DNA of 49,424 nucleotides, filler included, from Bipalium vagum (GCA_037834085.1; 2 parts of 2 records of this genome joined end to end with filler, not necessarily neighbours in it), one strand, 5' to 3'; counted from the whole stretch's first letter, positions 1-12,964 are shown. The notes: generated by a model not told the origin, from the letters alone. A program made the numbers and translations.

Positions 1-1799
1 ATATTGTAAAATTATCTAAACAGTTTTCTATTATCATAATTTATATAGTTTTATAATTGTGTAAAATTTTTGATTAATATAATTATTTAATTGTTATTTT
101 ATTATTTAATTATTTATTTTTCTTGAAATTTATAAATTCTATTTTTCTGATTTTCTTTGACTTCCATATCCATTAAATTTTTTCTCGAATTCTAAATATG
201 AGGTTCTTTCCCTAAAACTTTGAAGTACATTGTTTTTATTCTTTCCACAGGAAAAATTTTGAAATAAAAAATTGTAATTTGAAGTTCGGAAACACATTAT
301 AATTATTATAATAAAACAGTTTACCAGTTTATGATAAATCATTAAAAATTCATTTCATTTAGGAAAAAATTGATTCCGCCTAATAATTGAATTCGCATAA
401 AAACATTCCAACAATTTTTTAATTTATAATTATCGAAAAATTGTTTTAATGAAACAATCTAAATTGATTTATTATTAATGACCAAAATTTAAATTAATTC
501 CTGATTGAAATGTTTGAAAAACATATCTTCAAGAAAAATGTGAAAAATAATAAAATACAAAATGAAATATTTTAAGAGCAGGACACAACTTTGATGACAT
601 TTACCCAACTGGAAACTGATTTTAATGATTTTATAAAGTGACCTCTATCTTTCTGAATGTGTTTAATTCGTTTTAATTCACGAATAACATTAACATCTAT
701 ATTTTTCCAAATTTCACCATTATTTAAAAAATAATTTTATAATATTTTACGGAATTAATTTCTTGGAATAAAATTTATAAATATTAATAATTATGACGAT
801 AAGCGGCCTGTTAGTGTAAATAATTGTTTAGAATGAAGATAAATGGCGATAACTCGGATAATATATTAAAAATACAAAAATATCCCACTTGACAGAACGG
901 TATGATATCTTCTTTCCAAAGCCTGGCTAATCCAGAGAAACAAATATCCAAAAACACATAATGCCCCTATTAATGTCCAAAGAAGTTCAAAAATCATTTT
1001 CTGTTTGAAAGGAAAATGAAATACAGATGAAATACAATAAAATATTTAATAAAGATTCTCGTCACAATTTTATGGAACATGCAGCCAACCTAATGGTAGA
1101 AATGTGTCTGTTGGTGCTGGGAAATCTGTGTTGTTGATGTAGCACAAATTTATTGGAGAGTTATTGAATTTATTTTTTCTATTGAAATTTATCCAAACTG
1201 GCCAACATTACTAGCATCAGGAATCAATATTTGGAAGTCTTTTTTTTCATTTTCCTTTTAATTTATTATTTAAATATATTTCATGTTGAAATAAAGGAAA
1301 AATACAAGGTTTCAATGAAGAAATATTTTATTTTATTTTTATTTTATATATACTTTTGCCACAATATTTAGTCTAGTGCAATTGGATTTAATATTTTTTA
1401 TATAGCTATGTTTATGTATTAATTAATATTTATATTAATTAAATTTAAAAATTAAAAAAAATTTTATTTTTCAGCTCATTTTTAATTATATTTTTTAAAC
1501 AAATAATTTGTTTTAATAATCTTATTTATATATTTTAATATTTACCAAAATACACTTTTATAATTTTGAGACTAATTTAAATATCTATTATTTTTAATTT
1601 ATTAAAAAAATATCCTTGACCCATTCACATCTGTTTTACGGATTTTCTCCTCCCATTTATTTATTCTATCAAAAACAACTTTTACACGAATGAATGTTAT
1701 TTATGATTTTCTTAATACTTCATTATGTTCATGTTGCATTAGCAATCTGTAAAGAAATGACTTTGACAGACATCTTAAAACTGTTTCGTAATTGTAATA

Positions 1800-2889
1800 A
1801 TATTTTAATTTGGTACAAGCCTAAAATTTATTGACGTCTTGTTCTTCCCATATGGTTGATCAGCACAGGATCCGAATTTGATCCATCTCTACACTTAGAT
1901 CATTGACGTTTTCTGTTATATCATATTTATTTGTGTCGCCAGAAACTGGTCTCATTACAGCCCGGGTATTCTTAAAAGCTTATGATATTATTTTATTTCA
2001 GTCTCTTTCCTTAATTTGTAGTTGCTTTTAACAAGAAGAAAAAAATTTGTCAGCTTTCTAGCAAGTATGTCGATGTACACTTTTGAGTCCATTTTTGTTT
2101 TTTTCTAAAATTTCTAATTCAACCACATCATTGGCACTAATGCAACCTCATATCATCAGGGAGTCAACATGCTTCATTGTCGGTTGTGTGTACCTTTCGT
2201 TGTACCTTTCACCAGTTGGTCTGCGAACATTAGAAGAATAGTGTCCAAAAAGGCTTATACACCACTCATCAGACCAAAGCACTTTCTTAAAATCTTCTGA
2301 GGTCCAATGTCTGTAAGTCTTCTTAAATTGCAATTTCTTCCTCCGACTCTTGAGACTTTTTTGTAGATTTGAAAGCTTTAAAATCCATAGCTTTGAGACG
2401 TCTACAAATAGTGCTCCTGTGGAGATATATATCAATATATAATAAGTTCTTTCGAACATCTTCTGTCATACATATTGAAAACCATAGATCGGAGAATTAC
2501 ATGATCCTTGCAGGATGTCATTTTCTTCAGCCTACCACTTCCTACTGCGTCATGATAGCTACCCGTTTCATTGTATTTGCGTAATGCATTCTGCACTGCA
2601 CATCTTGTGACATTTAACCTTCTTGAAATGTCCATCTGACTATACCCTTCTCGGTCTAAGCATTCAACTTATGATCTAATTGTCGGAGTAAACAATGGAT
2701 TTTTCCCTATAAATTTATAATAGTTTTTGTGTCAAAAAGGACAAACTGAAATGTTAAGTTATGTTTGATTAATAAATAAATCAGTTACTTTACTTGAACA
2801 AATCTTAGAATTTTGTAACTGATACAATATAATAATTACTTAATTTATGATGATAATTTGACGGTGCCTTAAACGTTTGCATACCAATG
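1800..2889 (-). mobile_element. Decayed Tc1-family transposon (HTH plus first catalytic D region)
   Basis: Minus-strand fragments ISRRLNVTRCAVQNALRKYNETGS..GSGR (Tc1 HTH) and WTSEDFKKVLWSDE..VRRPTGERYNERYTQPTMKH..SLMI. A TA plus CATTGGTATGCAAACGTTT terminus lies at 2889-2891. Frameshifted; left boundary approximate. Confidence 0.85.
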
Positions 2890-2949
2890 TACAACATCTT
2901 CCCATATTTCGACAAGTTATTATTTTTCACTGTACCATTCAATAAACCT

Positions 2950-3200
2950 TGAAGCAAAGAAAGTGCTGCAAAATTTCTTTTCTTCAAGATTAAAACCGCT
3001 GTCCTCTCAAAAAGTTTTCCATCGATCTAACAGTGTAAAGTCAGAGGGTGTCAGGTTTGGACCTCTCTTTTGCAACTTTTTGAACCATTCTGAGACTGTG
3101 TTATAGGCAGCAGCACTTTCTTTTTCAATATCAAAATTTCCTTGTTGTGGCAGCAATAGTATATTCCCCTTTTCATTAAACAAGGATCAAACTTAGAATT
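2950..3200 (-). mobile_element. Short internally deleted mariner-like fragment
   Basis: Minus-strand translation YNTVSEWFKKL resembles the mariner HTH, followed by KLLRGQRF resembling the C-terminal region. Confidence 0.4.
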
Positions 3201-3541
3201 TCAATTTTTTATTCATTTTACTATAATTATAAATCAAAATAAATGTATTGATATGTTTATTCTAAACGGAACTTACGAATATCAAACATTAGGAGCTTTT
3301 TAAATTTATTTTATATCCATTTTTAAGGATCTTAATATAAACAATAAAACCAGTTGTTATAGTAATCTACAATAGGAGCTTAAAAGTAAGCAAAACAAAA
3401 AAATAAAAATTTATCTTCTAATTTATGAAACACTAATTCAAATTATATTTTTCTCAAGAAGCTTGTAAAGATGAAACAATTTTATTAATGAATCAAATAG
3501 AATTCAGTTCTTAAAATATTACATAATTATATTTTAAACTA

Positions 3542-3711
3542 TTAGGTTGGCAACTAAGTTCGTGCGCTTTTCTAAGGCACCTTGACCTGTTTTTTGCGAG
3601 TAAGTCTTCAGAGTTCTACGAACGTGGCATTATGAATTTATGAATTTTATCAATAAAAATTTATGGTTTTCATTTCTTCTTAAAAGCGCACGAACTTAGT
3701 TGCCAACCCAA
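3542..3711. mobile_element. Mariner-type MITE, 170 bp
   Basis: 30-bp TIRs with one mismatch: TTAGGTTGGCAACTAAGTTCGTGCGCTTTT ... AAAAGCGCACGAACTTAGTTGCCAACCCAA. Flanked by TA on both sides (3540-41, 3712-13). Confidence 0.92.
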
Positions 3712-3923
3712 TACATCGAGATAAAGTAAGAATTGCAAATCGTATAAATTAGACAAGTATTTACAAATGAAATCTTTTATGAAGAAATTATAAAGTGAAA
3801 TAATAAATAAATTGAAACTGACATAATAACCAAAGATGGTTTTGTCGATCATCATAATTACCACCGAGTTTGTATTTATTTTTCAACTTCAATTTTTAAT
3901 TGTTTACAATGTATAAAAACGAA

Positions 3924-3975
3924 TATTACTGACTGATGAAGAGCTGACAAAACGTTCGAAAAATGTTTCATAATA
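3924..3975 (+). ncRNA. Minimal type I hammerhead ribozyme, copy 1 (slightly degenerate)
   Basis: Stem I TATTACTGA/TCA-TAATA; core CTGATGA 3933-39; stem II GAGC/GTTC; GAAA 3958-61; minimal stem III region AAAATGTT, one change from palindromic AACATGTT; predicted GUU cleavage after 3967. Confidence 0.7.
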
Positions 3976-4399
3976 ATAAATGTTTAAGCAGATCTTACTG
4001 TATAGTGATAAAATATGTTTAAGTTAAAAAAAGATATTATATATAAATATATATATATAAATTTGTTAATGTTTAAAATGTTTAATATTTTATAAAATTA
4101 CTTAACTGCATAATGAACAAGCACTATTATTGAACACCGTTTTTTTAGATTGAATAGGATGCTAAATGACATCATTTCCAAGTTAAGTAAATATGAAAAA
4201 TAAATAAATATATTATATATATTCTCAGTTGTTTTATTTTTCAAAAAATTATAGTACGGTTTATTTTAAAAAATTCATTATTATTGTAAAATGATTTATT
4301 TATTTTAATATATTTTATATATTATATTTTTAATATAAAATGTTTTTCACAAGTAATCTGATTATTAATATTTTAGACCTTTACAGTGTATAATATCAA

Positions 4400-4445
4400 A
4401 TTACTGACTGATGATGAGCAGATTTTGTTTAAAACAGGCATCGTT
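4400..4445 (+). ncRNA. Degenerate hammerhead ribozyme, copy 2
   Basis: Same context TTACTGA-CTGATGA (core 4408-14), stem II GAGCA/TGTTT, AAAAC in place of GAAAC. Flanks resemble copy 1 at a 475-bp offset. Confidence 0.5.
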
Positions 4446-5581
4446 GAGTGGTATAACATTTATTATCATTATATACATGGTAAAAATATTTCTTAATTAA
4501 ACGCTTTTCAGCAAACATTCTTAATAGTTAACCATTGTGATTATTTTTTTTTATTTCTTTGTAATTTTACACGTGTGAAGATCTTATTTTTTACAGACCA
4601 TAGTTGGTCAACCGTAATATTTCGTTTAGAGAAATATTAATCAAATAAAACTATATTTTTAATTTTTCATTATATTATTTTTAACTATTTTAAACATTAC
4701 TTTTAATTTTTAAATTTTAAAAAACTTAATTTTGCATAAATATTTATCAAACTTTTAAGGAGATCTAAAAATCTTCTTTTCAATCTCTCAAGAATAATTG
4801 AATTTAAAAGTACTTTTAAAATTAAAAATAACTTATATCATTTTTTCTATCAACTAAAATAGTTTTATAACCAGAAATGGAAACCAGCTTGGAACCGAAC
4901 GGTACATAATGTTAATTTAACAGTATGCATTTCCTATTAAATTTTTGTGTAAATTTGATAACATTTATTTAGTAAAATTAACTGGTACGTAAAGTATCAA
5001 TTTGATTATGTATTATAAACGAATCGAATTAAAAACATAGTGACTCCAATAACGCTAAACAACTAAAACTTAATTTTTTGTACAATAGGTATCTTTACAT
5101 CTCTGAATTAAAGAAAACATTAACAATTCATTAATTTATTATGCTTGCCTTATTTTGATACTTATTGAATATAATATTGTATAACAATTGTTTTAAGTTT
5201 ACCCAAGACATCACTCGACTATGGTTAATTGTGGAAACCCTAGAAAGTGTCAGAATACTTACTTTAATTTGGCAAAAACTTTCGATCTCAGGCGCATCAA
5301 CCGACATTGACAAATCCCAGACTGAACATAAAACTATGAACGATGATCAAGTGGGGAGCATCAAAGAAAACGGGGAAGTTCTGAATAGTCAACAACGAGA
5401 ATCTGGCTTTCAAAAGTTCATTTAATTAGAAAAATCCATGCGAATACTTTTTCAGACAACAGGAAAAGATAAACTTAGCCTATCAACTGCGGATGAAAAG
5501 AACCAAAATGAAAATATGAGTTAAAATTGGATTTGACACCTGGCAAATTTTGGTTTTATTTTTAATTAAACTTCTGTATTT

Positions 5582-5582
<1 letters not shown>

Positions 5583-5657
<75 letters not shown>
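5583..5657. repeat. (TAA)n microsatellite
   Basis: Pure TAA run of about 25 units. Confidence 0.97.
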
Positions 5658-5660
<3 letters not shown>

Positions 5661-5887
5661 CAAATAATAAGAGAAAGACTCACTTTAAAGATTAGCCAAA
5701 AATAAGAAGAGGTTTTTAAGATAATTTTTTTCGGAAACAGTTTTTCGAAGATAATAAGGGTTGCTATTAACAATTTAAGGAAATTTAGAGGATTTTAAAA
5801 ACAATTTTAAGAATTACCCTCATATTCAAGAACTTTAGCAAAATAGTAGATAAAATAAGGATTTTCAGAGCAGCAAAAAGAATCAAG

Positions 5888-6020
5888 ACGTTACTAGAAG
5901 CAAAGTATTACTAAAAGCAAAGCGTTCCTGGAGCCAAAAAGTTACCAGGACTAAAGCCTTACTAGGAGCAAAATGTTAGTAGAGACAAACTGCTATTAAA
6001 ACCAAAGGATTATTAGAAGC
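5888..6020. repeat. Degenerate 17-bp minisatellite, about 8 units
   Basis: Units such as ACGTTACTAGAAGCAAA, GTATTACTAAAAGCAAA, GCGTTCCTGGAGCCAAA, AAGTTACCAGGACTAAA, GCCTTACTAGGAGCAAA. Confidence 0.8.
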
Positions 6021-6581
6021 TTATCAAAACGTTATCAGAAGATTATTGTGTTACAGGTATACGATAAATTTATATATATATAACCCATAACATTATACTA
6101 TCTCTATTTTTGATTACGCTTTCCAGAGTTTTTTTCAAAACATTTCTTTTCCGGAAACCAAATCAAGAATTGTATCCGTTTTAATTATGAACTCAATTTG
6201 CTGTCTCCACACTGAAAATTTTTATGAAAATTATCTTGGAAATTGTGTTGCAAGTCAAAAGGAAATTATTTTCGATTTAATAAATGTTCAAGTATGTACC
6301 ACGCTTAAATAGTTTATTTTTCCAAGGTATGTATGATATGCATGGGTTGCCATATTTTATAGTACAGACCTCTAGCACAATAGCCTAAAAAATAGTTAAC
6401 TAATTTTGTGTAAAGTGAAGAAAAAAGAGGTAAACCACAATAATTTATTTATATAAAAGTAAGTTAATAAAATCTTCAGAATTTTTATTAAAATTTTTAA
6501 TTTTTTATTTAAAAGGAAAAATATATAATTTTGCAAAGTATATTAATGTGAATGTCTGCTAAGATGTTATATTCCTGTTAA

Positions 6582-7739
6582 TTAAACCTTGTTCTTGTTA
6601 TATACTGATTTTGATAGTTCCGTTACTTCATAATCATTCATCTTATTTTTTTGGGTCTCTTTGGTTGAATTAGAAAGATAGACTTCCTTACATCTCATCA
6701 TACATAAATTGTGATAGCGAAAATTTTTCATCCGTGCCATATAAACAAACCAGTTAGTTGCTTCCTGGATGAAAAACAGATGCCATCCGATATCACTAAA
6801 ATTATAACTCAGTCTAACTAATTCCGTAGCTCCTTTTATAGTTTGAAAGTACACTGCAAACATATAAGCAACGGTTTGTGGTAATGATCCTAGAACGAAA
6901 ATGATCGACAGAACAACCAGTAACGTACAGGCAGATATTTCCTTTGTAGCACTTCCAACGTGATTGCATAACTCCTTTCTCAGTTCTTGGGCGTTTTTCA
7001 ATTTTAAAAGAAGAGACAAGTTAACGGTCACAATGGCAACTGTTTGGGCGAAACCACAATTAGAAAACAAAACATGACAAAGTTGGCCAATCATTACCAA
7101 ATTTGAGTTGTCTATCCAACAAATCATACGTTTGTCTATGTTCATATGTAGATTTATAATAATACCAAAAGGTATTACTATTATTCCACTGACAACCGTT
7201 GTAATTGCTATCAAAGTCCAAGCAAATGTTTTACCTTTTTTACTATACTTCAATGGTTTGTAGATGGATAAACATCGATCCACACTTGTCAATAGAAATA
7301 GGTTCACCGCCAATGTTGAAGCGAATGAATAAATATAACGATGAACCTTACAGGCATTGTTACTTTCATTGAAAGTGAAAAAAAATGAATTTCCTTCTGT
7401 CATGTATGGTAAACCTTTAGCTGGAAATATCCATAACCATCCGAAAGATATTAGACAAAAATTATCCGCTAACGCCAGGGCTGATAAATAGATTATCTGC
7501 CTTGTTCTGTATTTCGGTGGATATCTTATCAGGAAAATGTAACATATCAAAAAATTGGACAATATTCCAAATGTCCCAACAAATGGGTATACATATCCCG
7601 AAAGGATCCCTAAAACATGACTTGTTGCACAGCTGGCTAATCTTTGCATATTCTTTTCCGTTCCGTTTGTTTCACAAGGGATTAAAAGATCCCATGGTGT
7701 ATCAATAAAAGGCCATTTATTAAATTTTTCTAAATACAT
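6582..7739 (-). CDS. Intronless class A (rhodopsin-like) orphan GPCR, 385 aa, resembling flatworm-expanded peptide/chemoreceptor-like families
   Basis: Seven hydrophobic segments: TM1 GILSN, TM2 LSALALAD, Cys at the top of TM3, DRC in place of DRY, TM4 Trp and Pro, ECL2 Cys (MICW), TM6 LP, TM7 NWFVY followed by NFR. N-glycosylation sequon NGT in the N-terminus. Confidence 0.93.
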   Translation of the reverse strand: MYLEKFNKWPFIDTPWDLLIPCETNGTEKNMQRLASCATSHVLGILSGYVYPFVGTFGILSNFLICYIFLIRYPPKYRTRQIIYLSALALADNFCLISFGWLWIFPAKGLPYMTEGNSFFFTFNESNNACKVHRYIYSFASTLAVNLFLLTSVDRCLSIYKPLKYSKKGKTFAWTLIAITTVVSGIIVIPFGIIINLHMNIDKRMICWIDNSNLVMIGQLCHVLFSNCGFAQTVAIVTVNLSLLLKLKNAQELRKELCNHVGSATKEISACTLLVVLSIIFVLGSLPQTVAYMFAVYFQTIKGATELVRLSYNFSDIGWHLFFIQEATNWFVYMARMKNFRYHNLCMMRCKEVYLSNSTKETQKNKMNDYEVTELSKSVYNKNKV

Positions 7740-8779
7740 TAAACTGTTATATTAAATTAAATTTATTAATAAGTAACATAAAACTGTATTCAAGAATTTA
7801 TATAAATTTTAAGCCTGTGTTTTCAAGAATAACCAATGATAGTGAATTTTCATAATTTAAAAGACAATATCGTTTTAAATATTTGTTTTAATCGTTCAAG
7901 GAAAAATAATAATTTAAAATTTCTTCTAAAATCCGTTGCTTATTTTAGTTAAATATTAACAAGCAAATATAGACTTCATTTTTCGTTAATTCACTTTTTC
8001 ACAATAAAATAGAATTTTGTGATTGGAACAAATAATATGATTAATTTAATTATGTAATTAAAAATTACGTTATGATTTTTAGCTACTCTTCACCATTCTT
8101 TTTTAAAATAATTTTATTGATGAGGAGATGATAAGCAATCTTTTCTTTACAGAAAAGGTTATTGTTTAAAGGGAATATTTTTTGGAAGATTGTATTTACT
8201 ATTAATAATTATTAATTTATTATTTCTTTCAGTAATTATTTTTTGTAATAGAAAATATTTATTTTTTTAAGTTATTATTATATTAATATAAAAAAATGTT
8301 TAAAATTAAAATAATTAGAAGCAGTTAAAATGATTTTTTTAATTTTTATAGTTTTTTTTTTTTTAAATATTTACTTAATAAAAAAATTTTTAAATTATGT
8401 ATGATTTTATTTTATTTGGATTTTTTTTCATTTTTTTGGTTAAGAAGTAAATTATAAAAGTTTGCGTAGTAATTTAATTTAAAAATAAATTAATAAGATA
8501 TTATATTTCTTTTAATTGGTGTTCTATTTTATTAATTTCATTTTTATCAAAACTCCTTGAGAAGATCTTCTTATGTCAAAATTAAACGACCACAGTGGAT
8601 TAAGTAGAAATTTTATTATGAGAGTAAAGAAATATAAATTTTCTGAATTTTTATAGTTTAGAACATTAGATTCAGATTATTTGAGTTTTTAGTAAGATAT
8701 TTATTTACCACCAAACCGATATGTAGGGATTTTTCTTTATTTTATGAAGATAATTTAACTGAAGTCTTGACTAAAAATA

Positions 8780-9674
8780 TTTGGTTGTCTAAAAGGTTTC
8801 CACCGATTTTAGCAATATGAAAAACGTAAGAATACTAAGACAATTTCAGAACTTTGTTAAAATACATATACACCCTATTGGAGGACAATGTCTTTCCATT
8901 TCTTTGATAAAGCTAGAATTTCATTTTTTTAGAACTCCTCGGATTTTTCTCTGAAAAATAGAGATAAATTACTCTTCCTTTAAATTCAATTTTACACAAT
9001 CAAGAAGGTTCTGCAATGAACGAAACAAATAAAAGTCTGGCGGTGAAATATCAGGATTATATGGTGAATGCAGCAAAACCTCCCATCAATGTCCTTCAAT
9101 TTTCGCTGAGTTATCAAAGACACTTGTAGTCTTGCATTGTCATGATAAAACACAACGCCTTTCCTTTTGATCAATTCTGGCCGCTTTATTGTAATTTCCT
9201 GCTGTAATCTAGTTAATTGTGATTTCTTTGCCTCAAATATGCCTGTCTTTCTTTACCTTCTGAATGATTTGATCTACTTTTTGACATGTTAGCTGGCCAG
9301 AACTTTGTGTGTCTTTGACGCCGAAATTTTCAAAGATAAATCAATGGAACTATTCACAAACCATTATATCAAATACAATTTCTGCACCATGAACCGTTCC
9401 ATTTTTCGCAGTTTGCATTGTATTTTTGACTTTAATGAAATAGAATTTCATAAGGTATCGAACTTCTTCCTAATTAATGTTAATTTTAAAAATATATAAA
9501 TATTTTTGTATTTATTATTAATAAAATAATAAATATTTTTAAACAATTTGGATGTTGTGATTATTTAATTTATATAATTGAAATATTTAAACAAATAAAA
9601 TATTAATATAAATATCTGTAGACGTTTTTCGCCGCCTATTCACAAATTCGATGGATACTTTTTAGACAATCCAA
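8780..9674 (-). mobile_element. Internally deleted mariner element with both TIRs
   Basis: TIRs TTTGGTTGTCTAAAAGGTTTCCACCGATTTT and revcomp TTGGATTGTCTAAAAAGTATCCATCGAATTT, with TA flanks. Transposase remnants GVVFYHDNAR and HSPYNPDISPPD. Confidence 0.88.
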
Positions 9675-11379
9675 TATTATACATGAAAAATCAATAAACT
9701 ATAGAAATTGTAATAAATTATATATGAAAATTCTGAATAAAGAAACAGAACAATCTGGACTTTTTCGTAAAATAATTTTTATCAATCAGCATTATCTGAG
9801 AATTAAATATGGCTATAGCAGCTTTCAAATTCTATTTCTATTCCTCAATCGCAAGTTCAATTCTAATTATGAAATGTATTTAAATAAATCTGTGCTCTTT
9901 ATTTGATGAAAAGTATTTTCTATTGAAAGGTTTTTTAGCTTTTGGACATTACAAAAGTTTTTGCTTAAAACACTGCAAAATCTGAGAGGTCTTGATTAAA
10001 ATTAACCTTTTCTTCTATAAACTAGGTATTTTTACTAGTTTTAACATTTTAAATCCTTGTGTACTATAAATTATTTTTTTCATTATAGTTAAAGTTCATT
10101 CTTCTATTTTATCCTTTAATTACTCGTACTTGATAATTGAACATTAGTCAAATGTAAAAGTTCCTATTTGAATTTCGGCTCCAATAATATCATTTCAAAG
10201 ATATCTCAAGAGCCTAAGCATTTTCTTTATTATTGAAAAATTATTCGTGTTTTGTATGGAATTTTTTAAAATTTTATATTCAGTACTTCTTTAAATATCG
10301 TTTCACATGTATTAGATATGGAAATTATTTTCCATTGTTTTTTTAAAAAATTAATTGTTAATATAAATATCGTGTATTTTTCATTGAAAATTTAAATAAA
10401 AATAATGTTGTAATATATCTTTTTAAGCTATTGATATTTAGTATTTGTCTTAACTGATTAAATAGCAAAAATGCAAAATCATATACCAAAACAGCATTTG
10501 CGGGAATCATTATTATTGTGCTGCAATTTTCAAAAATCAGCAGCCAAAGCCAACAGATTAATGACAAAAGCCTAACATGAATAAGCTCTGTCCGAATCAA
10601 CATGCCGAGAATAGTATGGACGATTTAAGACAGTTGACTTTAGCGTCGAAGGGACAACAAAAGAAGTTCGAAGATGATGATTTACGAGGAATTACGAGAC
10701 ACTTTCCAATGGTTATCTCGTTAAAAGTATGATATCTTAAGCTCACCGGTGTCCTATCTTGTACTAGTAACTTAAGGCCATAGCAGTCGTTCAGAATGCC
10801 ATTTTTTGTATAAGTATAGTTGAATGATACTCCACTACACTGTTTTGTACTCATTGTCTCACAAGATTCTCTTCTCGTTTCAAAATTGTCTTCATTGATC
10901 GCAATTACTGTGATCGGTTTGAATGAATAATAGTGTTGCTTTCAATGCTAATAGTCATTCGAGCGCACCTGTCTAATTGACAATTACTTTGATTTCTGGA
11001 TCATTTATTGAAATCTTTGAATATTTTCCTTTGTTAAAATTGAAGGTTAGCAGAATGTATATTTTTTGTATCCATTGTCAGTCTTCTTAAATACTGTCAA
11101 TATTATTTTTATCGTTTCTCTATTTGTTGATGATATAAGAAACTTGACTGATTACTTCCTGATATTTTTCAAAGTTATCCTTTCACAGAACAATTTTAAT
11201 TTTTCTTTCTTAGAAAAAAAAATAACACTCATATTTTAAAATAATTTAAATTAATTATTAGACTTTGAATCGATATAAGCAAATTAAAAATATATCAATT
11301 TTATCAATTTTCATTTCACAAGGAAAGAATTTTAACATTCATGACAAGCATCTTTTGAGATTTACCTTATATTTTGTTT

Positions 11380-12058
11380 ATTGACAACTCCATTCAGATA
11401 AAAATGGGCTTCATCGCTCATTATCAGATTGTTCAAAAAGGTGGTATTATCTCTTGCTAACTTGTGAAAATGAATAACATAATTCAAACGGACAGTATTG
11501 TCTGATGGGAGAAGAACTTAAGCTGATTGGATTTTATAAGGGAACGTTTTTAAGTCCTTTTCCAAAATTGTTTGAAGTGTATTTCTGCCAATAGCAACCT
11601 GAGCAGACCGACGACGTACAGAAGTTGTTGGATGTTCTTAAACGATTTGCCGCATAGATTCAACCATCAATCCAGTACGCACAGTTTTCCCTGGACCCTT
11701 CTTCGTAAGATCTGCAACAGATCCAGTTTCTTCAAATCTTTTAATTAAATTTCTAATCATGTTGTCACTGGGAGCTTCTTTAACATTAAGTTGTTTTCGG
11801 CAGTTTCTCTGCGCTTGAGTGATTGATTTTCTATTTGAGTAGAAAAATTCAACAATTTTCACTTTATTATTATTCTTTTATTTGAAAATCTTAACTGCAA
11901 ATACTGAAATATTGATTAAGTTTAAATAATAACTATAACAACAACTTTGTATTATAAACTCCAATAAATATATATTCATAAAAATTCCAATAACATTTCA
12001 TATCAAAACTTTTGTAAGTTATTTTAGATCATCCTTCAGTCTTCCAGTGCACATCCTG
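11380..12058 (-). mobile_element. 5' half of a DD41D (rosa/Visitor-like) Tc1/mariner element
   Basis: HTH KIVEFFYSNRKSITQAQR..PSDNMIRNLIKRFEETGSVAD, SDEAHF near 11405-11420, and a TA-CAGGATGTG terminus at 12058-60. Confidence 0.8.
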
Positions 12059-12964
12059 TATAAATTCTCGTTAAAATGGGATTATTAAAATTTAATTATT
12101 TGTAGGTGAAGAAATAATATTAAAATATTAATATTTGTTATTTTATGTGAGGGACAATTTAAAAGAATGGTTAGAATTATTGATCATACACTTTTCACTA
12201 GAAAGTGTAAATGTTATACCAGTCTTTTTCATAATGATTATGAATTTCATTTAATAATAGATTTAGCAGAAATATTCCTTTATATGAAAATGCTTCAGAT
12301 TCGATCCGAAGACTAAAAACAAAAGAAAAAGATTTGCATTTACCAGTGTAAGAAAAAACTTTCTTTACAAATTGCAATGAATATAATAGGGTTTACGAGT
12401 AATATAAGAAAATACATTGAGATCGGAAATTTTTAACATGAGAAATGTAAGGCTAGAAGACCAGCAGGCATATTGAGCCGAAATGGATCCACGGAAGAGA
12501 TCAAAACATTGAAAAGTGTGAATTGAAGGTCATATTAAGCAGTTTCAGTCAATTATTGCGATGAAAGATGAAAAAATAATTATTCATATTTTATATTATT
12601 CTCATGTATTACATGTACCAATCTATCATATAAGTACCAAATATTAAAGATCGTCATATAAAATAGCTAAGTGATTTTTTATAGTTGTATGTGATTATGA
12701 AAAATATTCTTTCATTCAAAATTTTCTGAATAAGAAATAAATTAAAAATCGATAGCTTTAAAGGTTTCTTATTTACAAAGAGAAATTTTTTGTAACAAGT
12801 TGTATAAATAATAATATTAAAAAATTTTAAATTATTCTTTTTAAAAATGGTAATTTTTCAGTTATTTTTAAAAAATAAAAATCAATATTTAATCAATACG
12901 TTAATATGGAGAAATAATAAATGAGTATAGCATTAATTAATTTAATAATTATGGTATTATCCTA

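Noticed and set aside
5582-5773. Poly-Tyr ORF (and poly-Asn ORF at 29902-30150)
   Set aside because: Translations of AAT microsatellites.
5888-6020. Short repeats here and at 23792-23867 as a CRISPR-like array
   Set aside because: Head-to-tail units with no unique spacers, no cas genes, eukaryotic context.
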